From IMG/VR virus record IMGVR_UViG_3300037313_002205, positions 1 through 58,470 of that record: a stretch of 58,470 nt of DNA; one strand, 5' to 3'. The notes below the pieces were generated by a model. The model saw only the letters and a program-made list of their open reading frames with translations, was not told the origin of the DNA and did not search any database. Below, piece after piece: positions 1 through 8,656 of this stretch. The translations under genes were made by a program, and so were the position numbers. Position 1 is the stretch's first letter. Every line of letters starts with the position of its first letter. This stretch comes from a virus (taxonomy: Duplodnaviria > Caudoviricetes).

Positions 1-666
1 GAACCCGCCGTTATTTCTGACGCAGTCACTTTACAGTTTACTGTAGACGAATCGATCACCTCCGACACGGTGAGAGCGACCCTCAGCGTCAGCAAGGTAA
101 TAAGCGACGAGACCGCTTTTGATCTGCGGGCGACCCTGCGGACAGTTGTCGATGTACCGTGGGAAATCGTCACTTTGCAGCGCTACGACGATAACGGCTT
201 GGAACGGCTGAACGCCGCTGCCACCGCGCGTATTCCTGACTCCGAAGCGGCTTCGCTGAATAAGAAACTTCGCGACGTCAACAAGTCAGGGTTGAAAATT
301 GAAGTCGCGGCGCTGGATTATTCACCGCAACGGGAGCGCGTCGAAGAGGCCAAAGTCAAACTGCGCGAATCGATCTACACGCTAGCGCAACAGGAAGCCG
401 GTCGGCTGAATAATCTTGTGAAAGCTGAAGCTGGCGACAGTTGGCGAGTTGGGTCTATCGACTTTGCGCGGGCCGAACCGGTGCTATCCAAGGCCATGCG
501 TGCTACGGCCTATAGTACCGCTAGTGCCTATAACCCCGTGCAGATGGCGGCTGTGTCTGGGGGACCTGCCGGCGGTGGTGCTCAGGAAGACGATCCCTCA
601 GTTGATACATCTTATAAGGTTAGCCTGACGGCAACCGTCCGGTTGACGCGCGTGCTCGTCCTCTAA
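1..666 (+). CDS. SIMPL/DUF541-like protein, 5' truncated by window edge
   Basis: Frame 1 is open from base 1 (EPAVISDAVTLQFTVDESITSDTVRATL...). Helix plus RVGSIDF and a C-terminal 'VSLTATVRL' strand resemble SIMPL domains. Confidence 0.5.
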   Translation, partial: EPAVISDAVTLQFTVDESITSDTVRATLSVSKVISDETAFDLRATLRTVVDVPWEIVTLQRYDDNGLERLNAAATARIPDSEAASLNKKLRDVNKSGLKIEVAALDYSPQRERVEEAKVKLRESIYTLAQQEAGRLNNLVKAEAGDSWRVGSIDFARAEPVLSKAMRATAYSTASAYNPVQMAAVSGGPAGGGAQEDDPSVDTSYKVSLTATVRLTRVLVL

Positions 667-848
667 CAATACAGACTTGACGACAAACCCAACTAGGAGC
701 ATATGACACCTCCGGCTGAGCACTTGTCGCGCGACAAAGCGAGGGCATCGGGGCTGCGGGACGACCGTTGCAGGTCTAGTCCGCGCCGAGCAAGTGGGAT
801 ACAAAGGTCTTCCTGTTGGAAGAGGACCGCCCGCCCCACCAGCCGGAC

Positions 849-1367
849 TTATGTATCGGGTTGGACAGGAAAGATACCGTCGCGCGAGCCGGTTCGTCGC
901 GTGCGTTTGCCACTCCAGTCTGTAATCTCAATGAGCCGTGGATCAAGCACGACGAATTCGTGAACATTGCGCACCACTTGAATGCCGTCGGCAAGTAGTC
1001 GGCGTGTCAAGGCGCGACCAACGCAGCCATAGTGCTCAGAAAGCTCCTGGAAGAAGCTGTGGGGCGACGCAAGCGCCGTCGGCTGTCCCGATAGCTGAAA
1101 GATCACCCACGGGCTGTAGCCCCTGCTGGCGACCGCTGCGGCGTCCTGGCAGTACACCCCCGCTGGATCGTAGCGCGTCCAATCCGGCATATTGAATTTC
1201 TTGCCAGTATAGCCGAACATCGTTACGTCAAAGCCGTTTTGCACGATGGAATCGACCATTGCTTGATCGTGGGTGAAATGGAAGAACTTGTCGGGGAGAT
1301 CGGACGTCAGGCCGCCCGGTCGCTTGCTGGTTTCCATTAGAAGGATCAAGGCGCGCATGGGATGCAT
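849..1367 (-). CDS. Putative ADP-ribosyltransferase-fold (HYE/PARP-like) protein, probable internal head protein
   Basis: FHFTH..SIVQNGF..AGVY..EFVVLDP motif order; TAAATA 4 nt upstream of ATG; N-terminal MRALILLME tag. Confidence 0.5.
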   Translation of the reverse strand: MHPMRALILLMETSKRPGGLTSDLPDKFFHFTHDQAMVDSIVQNGFDVTMFGYTGKKFNMPDWTRYDPAGVYCQDAAAVASRGYSPWVIFQLSGQPTALASPHSFFQELSEHYGCVGRALTRRLLADGIQVVRNVHEFVVLDPRLIEITDWSGKRTRRTGSRDGIFPVQPDT

Positions 1368-1386
1368 GCGCTATTTAGCGCCATAG

Positions 1387-1420
1387 CGAAAAGCGCATGG
1401 TCTTTTAAAGACCATGCGCT
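1387..1420 (-). terminator. Intrinsic terminator after HhH gene
   Basis: Inverted repeat AGCGCATGGTCTTT/AAAGACCATGCGCT followed by a short T run on the minus strand. Confidence 0.6.
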
Positions 1421-1436
1421 GCGCCGTGGTTAAAAT

Positions 1437-2057
1437 TTACGAGCGACTAGACCGGGACCGCGATGACGATCCTCTGCCAGAGCGGCCCTTGTCGTCGTCG
1501 TTTCCACTGCCGCTGCCACCGGAACGCCGGCCTTTATTTTCGCCCGTACCTTCGTCTCCCTCTTCTCCGTCATCTTCCAGATCGTCGTCGGCCTCGCCTT
1601 CAAGATCGTCGTTCTCGTCTTCCTCTTTGTCCTCGCGGCTACTGCCACGGGCAGATCGACCGCTACCTCTGCTTTGCTCGCCGCTTTCTCGCCCCCCGCC
1701 GCCGGATCGGCTGCTGCCCTTGCTCTGGCTGCCGCCCTCCTCTTCGTCATCCCCGTCGCCGGATCGGCTTCCACTACTGCCGCTCTGGCCGCCCGCACTA
1801 CTATTGCTACCACCACTGCTGCGGGAACCCCGCGATGAGCTTCTGCCGAGGGTGAAGTACGACTCCACCTGTCGGGCCATGGTTTCACCGATGCCGGGAA
1901 TCTCGGCCAATTCGTCAAAACTTTTGAAAGGGCCGTTTTGCTCACGGTAGTGCACGATCGCCTCGGCGCGTGCCCCCGACATCTGTGGGATTTGCGCTAA
2001 GTCTTCGCGCGTAGCTTTGTTGATGTCCTTTCGGCCTTCATCATCTTCGTTTGCCAT
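1437..2057 (-). CDS. ComEA-like helix-hairpin-helix DNA-binding protein with disordered Gly/Ser/acidic/Arg tail
   Basis: DINKATREDLAQIPQMSGARAEAIVHYREQNGPFKSFDELAEIPGIG matches the ComEA HhH pattern; GGAG SD. Confidence 0.85.
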   Translation of the reverse strand: MANEDDEGRKDINKATREDLAQIPQMSGARAEAIVHYREQNGPFKSFDELAEIPGIGETMARQVESYFTLGRSSSRGSRSSGGSNSSAGGQSGSSGSRSGDGDDEEEGGSQSKGSSRSGGGGRESGEQSRGSGRSARGSSREDKEEDENDDLEGEADDDLEDDGEEGDEGTGENKGRRSGGSGSGNDDDKGRSGRGSSSRSRSSRS

Positions 2058-2088
2058 GAGCTACACTCTCCGTTGGGTGCCAAGCGAA

Positions 2089-2113
2089 AACGCGTCCAGT
2101 GGCACGAAGTTCG
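2089..2113 (-). promoter_or_regulatory. ECF (EcfG/sigmaT-like) promoter candidate
   Basis: CGAAC-N16-CGTT about 30 nt upstream of the HhH gene. Confidence 0.45.
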
Positions 2114-2137
2114 GAGAATTTTTTTATTTTTATTTCA

Positions 2138-4570
2138 TCACGCTTTTGAAGTGGCCCGGCGCACAACCACCTTCGACGGTTGCTCATAGCTATAGGCTAC
2201 TTTGCCGCCGTAATTGCCTTGCAGAATTTGGATTGCTCCGTCTGATCTGACCACTCCCGTTGCAACCCCGACGTGACCACCGACTTCGCCAGCGGCATGC
2301 CCGTTCGGCAGCACGACGACGTCGCCCTGTTGCACGTTTGCGGTATCAACCGCCTGCCCCCAATTCATAAATCCAGTGGCGACATTTGAACCGCTGCCTT
2401 GAATTCCTTGGGATTGCAAGACCGCGTTGGTGTAACCAGCACACCAATTGTTCTTGGTTGGATCGAAGCCGCTATCGTTTTTCTGGATAAAATCCTTGGC
2501 ATCGGCGGCTGTTGAGCCCACCGGCGGCGATCCAGGCGGCGTCCAACCGGCACCAGCATTGGTCGCGGCCGGCGTGCCCGGCGCGCCTTGTTGGGATGCT
2601 CCAGGCCGCGAACAGGGGGCGGGCAAGCCCTGCTGTTCGGCATAGGCGGCAGCCTTGCTGTCGGCCTTGGTCGAAAGATTTTGCACAACCTGCGAGACGG
2701 TTTTGCCTTGGAAGATCGTCGGATTGGCGGCTGCCTGGGCCGGGAACATCGTCGATGCATCAGCGTCTGGTGACGTCTGTGCCGCTTTGAGCAACTGCGG
2801 CCCGCCGCCCTGCCCCATAAAATGCATAATGTAGAGTTGCCCCGGCGTCGGGTTGGCAATGCCCTGCTTCTGCAAGATGTCGCTATTGTTTTTTATAAAC
2901 TGGGCACCCATCAGCGCATTGGCGTTGGGGTCGTAGATCGCGTTCGGGTCAGTCGATACGTTGTAGAGATTGCCGTATTGCGTGACCATGCCGTTCCAGG
3001 TCGAACTGGTGAACTGATACAGACCCTTGGCCGAACTTGTGCTGGCGCCGACACCCGCCTGATGACTGGACTCGATATCACTGAATGCTAGCATCGTCGA
3101 TAACGGCACCCCGACCTTATCCGATGCCGCCGAGATCGCGTTGAAGTTCTGGGTAGAGATCGGCTTCGTATTGGCTGCCCCGAAGCTACAGCCGGTGTCC
3201 ATCAATTCGCCGTTGGGACCGACGTTGGAGGCATTGCCCGAGCCTTGCGGTCCGGCAGTGGGCGGCGGTCCGTCTTCGATCGGTGGTGGCGGAACTTTGC
3301 TGTTTGGATGGCCACCCCACGGTTCGTGTGTCGGCAGGCGACTGACAATCGTATTGATGCGTCCGGCGCCATATTTCCATGTCGGCGTGCCGCCCGAACC
3401 GGTGGTGGCTGTGTTCAGCGCATTGACACCTTGTGGCCCGACGGCATCGGCCGCCGACGCTTCGGGGGCGCCGTTGCAATTATCAAAAATCTTCGAACCG
3501 GCGCGAATTTGCTTGCCCGCTGCGTTCATGCTCATGTCGCCGCCGCTTTGCAAGCGGACAGCGCTGGCTGCTTTTGCTTGCAGATTGCCGCCGACATTGA
3601 TTGAGCCATCTTTAGCGGCCGACAAGACAAGATTGCCGCCAGCCCCGATCTGAATATCTTTTCCGGCCTGCATAGTGATCTGCGAGCCCGCCCGCATAAA
3701 GATATTGGCGTTGGCATCGAAGATGATGTTGCGGTCGGCGCGAACATTAAAATCCTGCTCGGCGTGCATACTGATCGAGGCAGAGGTATAAACATCCACG
3801 CCGGCGTCGGAAATCTCTAGCCAGCTATTGCCGTTTTTCGAGTTCATATAGACGTAGCCGGTGGTCTCATGAATCAAGATTTGCGCACCACCGCGCGTAC
3901 GCAGGCGGATAAACTCATTTTCCGTGTCGTCGTCGATGTGCACCGTATTACCACGCGGCGACAGCACACCGAACACCTGCGATGGCGCTTCCCGCCGGGC
4001 CGAGGTCGAAGCCGATCCGCGTTCGAGATCAGAGGTTAGACCCTCGGCGGCAAGCCCGTTCGATAATGGCAAGAAGCGCGGCCGTAGCGGATGCTCGACG
4101 CTGCCAACATTGCCTTTGTTGTATTCAACCACCGGCCCGGTCTTGATCGGCGGGGACGGATCGGTGGTTGCATTGATCGCAACGCCGGGAACCATATGGT
4201 TCATGTACTGTTGGTAACAGCAGGCAAACCAATATCCCCGAGAGATATCGCCGTTGGCGAAGAACACCGCGACTTCATTATTCAGGTCCGGCGGCACCAT
4301 CCAGAACCCATACGACTGCTGCGAGCCGTCCATTGTGACGCTGCTCGGGTTGATCTTCGACGGGTCGGTGGCACCGGCGAAGGGCGAGGCGTAGCTGACG
4401 ATGATCCACGAAGCCGGGTCTGCGGCATCGCCACCGAACTCCGGGATGAACACCGATAGCCGCCCCATGCGTTGGACGTCCTCGTTCCGTTTGACAAAGC
4501 CGATGTAGATCGACAGCGGCATTTTGCGGGGATTGACCCGAAAAGCCTCGGGGAGTTTATTGGCTGGCAT
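2138..4570 (-). CDS. Baseplate central spike (gp5-like): OB-fold, beta-helix, lytic transglycosylase and NlpC/P60-CHAP-like domains
   Basis: D..RMGRLSVFIP, YGFWMVPPDLNNEVAVFF OB-fold; IESS..SSAKGLYQFT SLT motif; WCAGY..GHVG..GNYG amidase motif. Confidence 0.85.
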   Translation of the reverse strand: MPANKLPEAFRVNPRKMPLSIYIGFVKRNEDVQRMGRLSVFIPEFGGDAADPASWIIVSYASPFAGATDPSKINPSSVTMDGSQQSYGFWMVPPDLNNEVAVFFANGDISRGYWFACCYQQYMNHMVPGVAINATTDPSPPIKTGPVVEYNKGNVGSVEHPLRPRFLPLSNGLAAEGLTSDLERGSASTSARREAPSQVFGVLSPRGNTVHIDDDTENEFIRLRTRGGAQILIHETTGYVYMNSKNGNSWLEISDAGVDVYTSASISMHAEQDFNVRADRNIIFDANANIFMRAGSQITMQAGKDIQIGAGGNLVLSAAKDGSINVGGNLQAKAASAVRLQSGGDMSMNAAGKQIRAGSKIFDNCNGAPEASAADAVGPQGVNALNTATTGSGGTPTWKYGAGRINTIVSRLPTHEPWGGHPNSKVPPPPIEDGPPPTAGPQGSGNASNVGPNGELMDTGCSFGAANTKPISTQNFNAISAASDKVGVPLSTMLAFSDIESSHQAGVGASTSSAKGLYQFTSSTWNGMVTQYGNLYNVSTDPNAIYDPNANALMGAQFIKNNSDILQKQGIANPTPGQLYIMHFMGQGGGPQLLKAAQTSPDADASTMFPAQAAANPTIFQGKTVSQVVQNLSTKADSKAAAYAEQQGLPAPCSRPGASQQGAPGTPAATNAGAGWTPPGSPPVGSTAADAKDFIQKNDSGFDPTKNNWCAGYTNAVLQSQGIQGSGSNVATGFMNWGQAVDTANVQQGDVVVLPNGHAAGEVGGHVGVATGVVRSDGAIQILQGNYGGKVAYSYEQPSKVVVRRATSKA

Positions 4571-4593
4571 GGTACTACTCTAGCAGATTTTCG

Positions 4594-7521
4594 TCACAAA
4601 GTAGAAATGATTCCGTGAACCTTGTCGGCGGCGGCTGTCACCTTCCTCGCATAGTTCGGATCGGTGGCGTAGCCGGCGGCCGCGATCGCCTGGATTTGCG
4701 CCGGATAGTCGCCAGCCGAAGCGACGCGGCTATAGCGTTTCGTCAGCATCAGATCGCCAAAACCGGCGAAGCTATCGGCCGATGTCTGATAGCCGGCGAA
4801 GCTCGCATTGGCCGTCTGCGCCTGACCATTGATGATTTCGGTGGTTTGGTAAGTTCCGCCTGTGCCCTTGATACCGAAGAAATTGTTGCCGGGCGTGCTT
4901 TTGCCCCAGTTACTCTCGTGGCCAGCCTGCGCAAGGACGACTTCCGGCGCCAAGCCGGTCCGCGCACTTTCTTGCTGGGCCAGCGGCAGAAACGCCTTGG
5001 TAAAGGATACCGGATCGCCCGGCGTGTAATCGACACCGGGCTGCGGACTGGCGCCCGGAGAAGTTGCGAAATTGCGCTGAGCAGCATTCGGGGTAATGCT
5101 CGAAATCGGCGGTGAGCCTTCACCGCCGTTGGTCTTATTGGGATCGCCCGTCCAGAATTTTGGGTCGGCGAGTTTATCGCGAGACAAATCCAACTCGGTC
5201 TTGAAGGCGCCTTCGCTGAAGGTATGCAACGTGCCGACAACCTGATAGATGCCGTTGAACACTTGGCTGGTCTTCATCGCCGGCTTAAAATCCCGTGCCG
5301 TCATCAACGGATAACGGAAGTAGAGCAGCACTCGCTGACAATGATCCGGCGTCGCCGTGCTTTGATCGGCGACCTTTGTGCTGTTGCTTTGCAGGGCCAA
5401 CGCGCGTTGCAGATTGCTTTGACCGAGCCAGAACGGATCGCCCCGGATCGTCATTTTGGCCCGCTGGTAGTCGGACTCCTTTGTCAAGCTGGTGCCGTCT
5501 TGTGCCCAGACCGCGCCGGCGATGCTCTGGTCGCGTGATGCCTGCCCGAGATAGTGGGTCGTGCCGGTTTCGTTTATAATGTCGAGATTACCCTGCCACA
5601 GGGTCACTGGAACGCCGAATTCCTTGGCGTTTATGATGTTCTCAAGTTCGTCTTCGATATAAATGTTGGCTTGCGTCGCTTCCTGTGATGGTGGCCCGGC
5701 GAACAGCTTCATTACCTCCGGCGCGATACTCCCCCGTAGTTCGGGATTGTTAAAAGAGCCAAAGGGTGTGCGATTCGCCGCGACGGCGGTAGACGTTCGG
5801 CCGCCAAGCTCCGGATTGTTCGCTGGGCCGAAGGCGGTACGGTCTGTTGTGGTGGAGGAGGCCGAGGCTGGCACGATGCCGCTCGTCCGCGATTCTTCCG
5901 GCTTGGTGACGGCGATGCCGCCCGTGGCCAGCGTGTTGTCAGTGTTCAGCCGCCGATTGATACGAAAGGCTTCGTATTTCATCGCGCCGCCGCCGTAGTT
6001 GGGAATCACCGCGCTCCACGTCATTTTCCAGCCGAGTTTAAAATCAATCACCTCGGTATTCAGTCCGGTGAACACGTAGTCATAGCGGCGGCGCAGCAAA
6101 CCGTTGCTGACCAGCGAACGCACCTTGCCGTACTGAACCTGCGGGTCCTTGGCTTCGTCCACTTCGGTGCGGGACAACGCCCCGTTGCCACTGACATAGC
6201 GAGGCGTCAAGTAAAAGGTGATATGTTTTTGGTAGTTATTCGTGGTTTTATCCCAGTCGGGATAGCTAACCACGGTTTCAATATTCCACAGGATCGATTC
6301 GCGAAAATGCCGCTCGTTGGTGGCCGCGCCAGATTGATCTGGTTGATGGGCGACGGGATTGTCGATCGCGAGCCGTTGACCCTCTTCTGTGTGTTTGATC
6401 GCATCTATAATGAACTCGGGCACCGAGTAGCCGCTACTGATCGTCACGGTATACTGGCCACCGTCCGGCGACCAGTTGTGGTCAACATGGCGTTCGGGAT
6501 CGGATGGTTTCATCTTGAATTTGCGTGGGTCGGCCTCGGCAACACGGGCCGGCTGTGCCAGAAAATTGCCGATCGGTGCCGAGACCACCTTGTCGAACAC
6601 CACCAGATCGCCGTGGTATTTCTCCTTCCAAAGCTTGTTTAGCCCGTCGATGAAGCTGTCGAGCAACGCCCCCAACGTCTCGCCTTTGGCGTAGACCACC
6701 GCCGGTGCATTCAGGATGTCGGTGTCGTCAAACCACAGCGCGTCTTGCGTCGGGAGCGCCTTGATAGTGTAGACTGCACCAGCCTCCGTCAGATTGATCC
6801 CGACGTCGGTGAGTTGCAGTGCCCACAACCAATGCCCGCCGTTCGGCATGCTGTTGTCGGCGCTCGACGGTTTAAAACGCCCGGCGTCGTCATAGCCGAC
6901 GAACGTCAGTTCCAGGTAATACATCGCCTTGGTGTAGTTGCGCAGGCTGAGCGTGTTGCCGGCTTCGGCAACGGCGTCGAGAAAGCTGATGCCGTTCGGT
7001 TCGGTCACCGTGATCGTGAACGCGCTGGCCGCCTGCTGACGGCTGATGTCGTTGCCGGGCGGCGCGACTTGAATGACGACTTCCTTGATATTGTAGCCGG
7101 TCACGCCGCTTTCGGCGATGGTAACCTGCGGCTTGCCCGCCACTGCCGCACCGACATCAGCCGAAACGTTGGTTCTGACCATCGCGGCATTGGCGTCGCC
7201 GTCGCCCATGACGAACAGCCGGAAATGATAGGTGTAGTTGAGATATTTGTTCAGCGGGTTTGACTGCACGGCGTCGTTGATCAAGCCGTCGATCGTGTTG
7301 GAACTGGACGACGGTGACTGAGTGGCCAACGGCGGTTGCGGCGGGCCAAACTGTTCCGGCTGTGACGGCCCGTAAACTTCTGGCTGCGGCTCTGGTGGAC
7401 CGAACTGTTCCGGCAGCCGAAGCTTTGGAATGTTATCCATCAGGTTGTCGAGCGATGGCCCCGTCAGGCTATCCGGTCCGTTGTTATTGTCGCTACCAAA
7501 GACGAAACCCATCCTACGCAC
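4594..7521 (-). CDS. Baseplate hub (gp27-like) with C-terminal GH73/FlgJ glucosaminidase
   Basis: NPL..Y.NYTY N-terminus; IRGDPFWL; GIYQV..HTFSEGAFKTELDL; AQAGHESNWG, NNFFGIKG, GYATDPNY. Confidence 0.8.
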   Translation of the reverse strand: MRRMGFVFGSDNNNGPDSLTGPSLDNLMDNIPKLRLPEQFGPPEPQPEVYGPSQPEQFGPPQPPLATQSPSSSSNTIDGLINDAVQSNPLNKYLNYTYHFRLFVMGDGDANAAMVRTNVSADVGAAVAGKPQVTIAESGVTGYNIKEVVIQVAPPGNDISRQQAASAFTITVTEPNGISFLDAVAEAGNTLSLRNYTKAMYYLELTFVGYDDAGRFKPSSADNSMPNGGHWLWALQLTDVGINLTEAGAVYTIKALPTQDALWFDDTDILNAPAVVYAKGETLGALLDSFIDGLNKLWKEKYHGDLVVFDKVVSAPIGNFLAQPARVAEADPRKFKMKPSDPERHVDHNWSPDGGQYTVTISSGYSVPEFIIDAIKHTEEGQRLAIDNPVAHQPDQSGAATNERHFRESILWNIETVVSYPDWDKTTNNYQKHITFYLTPRYVSGNGALSRTEVDEAKDPQVQYGKVRSLVSNGLLRRRYDYVFTGLNTEVIDFKLGWKMTWSAVIPNYGGGAMKYEAFRINRRLNTDNTLATGGIAVTKPEESRTSGIVPASASSTTTDRTAFGPANNPELGGRTSTAVAANRTPFGSFNNPELRGSIAPEVMKLFAGPPSQEATQANIYIEDELENIINAKEFGVPVTLWQGNLDIINETGTTHYLGQASRDQSIAGAVWAQDGTSLTKESDYQRAKMTIRGDPFWLGQSNLQRALALQSNSTKVADQSTATPDHCQRVLLYFRYPLMTARDFKPAMKTSQVFNGIYQVVGTLHTFSEGAFKTELDLSRDKLADPKFWTGDPNKTNGGEGSPPISSITPNAAQRNFATSPGASPQPGVDYTPGDPVSFTKAFLPLAQQESARTGLAPEVVLAQAGHESNWGKSTPGNNFFGIKGTGGTYQTTEIINGQAQTANASFAGYQTSADSFAGFGDLMLTKRYSRVASAGDYPAQIQAIAAAGYATDPNYARKVTAAADKVHGIISTL

Positions 7522-7819
7522 CGAGCACTTGTTGCAGATGGCTCAACGACGGCACCATGATTTTGAGTCCTTCGACGAAGCCGAAGATCGGATCGCCGCG
7601 CAGGAACGGGTTGCGCTCGCAAAACACCCACCAGTACGACGGCGTCTGGTAGAGATCATAGGACAGCCGATCGGGGCGGAACTGATGTCGCGGCTGGAGG
7701 ATATACGGCTGATCGGTCCCGTCGGGCGGCACCGGGCGGAAGGTTAGCCGACCGGTATACCACGAGGTTTGCGGCGACGAGGCGTAGGCCGAGGTCTGCG
7801 GATAGCGGATCAAGCTCAT
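7514..7819 (-). CDS. Baseplate wedge protein, gp53/LysM-like
   Basis: RPDRLSYDLYQTPSYWWVFCERNP...DPIFGF..G.KI.VP. Confidence 0.8.
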   Translation of the reverse strand: MSLIRYPQTSAYASSPQTSWYTGRLTFRPVPPDGTDQPYILQPRHQFRPDRLSYDLYQTPSYWWVFCERNPFLRGDPIFGFVEGLKIMVPSLSHLQQVLGA

Positions 7820-8568
7820 ACGTAGCCACCTTGGTTATTGAGGAGCGCACCGCTCGCAAACTGATCGAAACTAAATTGTGTACGCATATTGTACGGAGTT
7901 TGCACCACCATCAATTCCAGGGAGACCGTGAACAGCGCCGGGAGACGCACGGTGGCGCCGCCATCGACTGCGATGGGGACGGTGTCGGTGGCATCGTCAT
8001 AGGCCCAAGAATGCGTCTTCAACACGCAGCGGAGACGGTTGTAGATGTAGGGGCCATAGGCCGAGAACACCAGCACGGGGGGCGGCAGACCGGCCTTGCC
8101 AGCGGCGGCATCGGCCTCGCCGAAGTACGACTTTGATACCGCGCGGAGAAAATGAATCACCGCGAGGGCATAGCGCCCCTCGCGCTTGTTCTGCACGGTG
8201 AATTTGCCGCTGATCTGGAGCGTGCAGGTCGGCGTCCGCGTATAGGAGGGATAGTCGAGGTTCGAGTGCACCAACTGAAGATCGGTGTAGTTGACCGCTT
8301 GGCTGAATGAGATCGTCGGCGAATAGGGGAAAATGACGCCGCGCGTCTCTTTCAGCGGGGTGAGGATGCCGTTGGCATTGGTATAGACGTCGTCCGGATG
8401 CAGCGCGTCGAGCTTGGCGCGATAGTCGCTGCCGCCGGTGCTGTTGTTTGACGTGAAGGCGTTCCGCGCATCGTCGGCAAGGTTATCGACACCGGTCTGG
8501 ATAATGTTCGGGATGTTGCCAAAGGTTGAGGTCAATTGGCCGAGGTTACTGGCGATATCTCCTAGCAT
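7816..8568 (-). CDS. Baseplate/tail-tube cap protein (gp48/gp54-like)
   Basis: GVIFPYSPTI, HSN, G.PPPVL.FSAYG motifs; first gene of the late baseplate operon. Confidence 0.7.
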   Translation of the reverse strand: MLGDIASNLGQLTSTFGNIPNIIQTGVDNLADDARNAFTSNNSTGGSDYRAKLDALHPDDVYTNANGILTPLKETRGVIFPYSPTISFSQAVNYTDLQLVHSNLDYPSYTRTPTCTLQISGKFTVQNKREGRYALAVIHFLRAVSKSYFGEADAAAGKAGLPPPVLVFSAYGPYIYNRLRCVLKTHSWAYDDATDTVPIAVDGGATVRLPALFTVSLELMVVQTPYNMRTQFSFDQFASGALLNNQGGYV

Positions 8569-8597
8569 GGCGCATCCGTTTTCGAAAGACTAAGAGG

Positions 8598-8603
8598 TAT
8601 TTA
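8598..8603 (-). promoter_or_regulatory. Late promoter TAAATA (baseplate operon)
   Basis: T4-like late box 30 nt upstream of start; same motif recurs before most structural genes. Confidence 0.7.
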
Positions 8604-8656
8604 GCATCGAATTATGGTAGTATATTACTTTTAACAACGATAACAGGGTGAGATGA

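Noticed and set aside
703-998. Short plus-strand ORFs after an AGGAG SD
   Set aside because: Overlap the ART-like gene in antisense and have unconvincing composition
1414-1950. Overlapping Pro/Ser/Leu-rich ORFs
   Set aside because: Alternative frames of the low-complexity tail of the HhH gene
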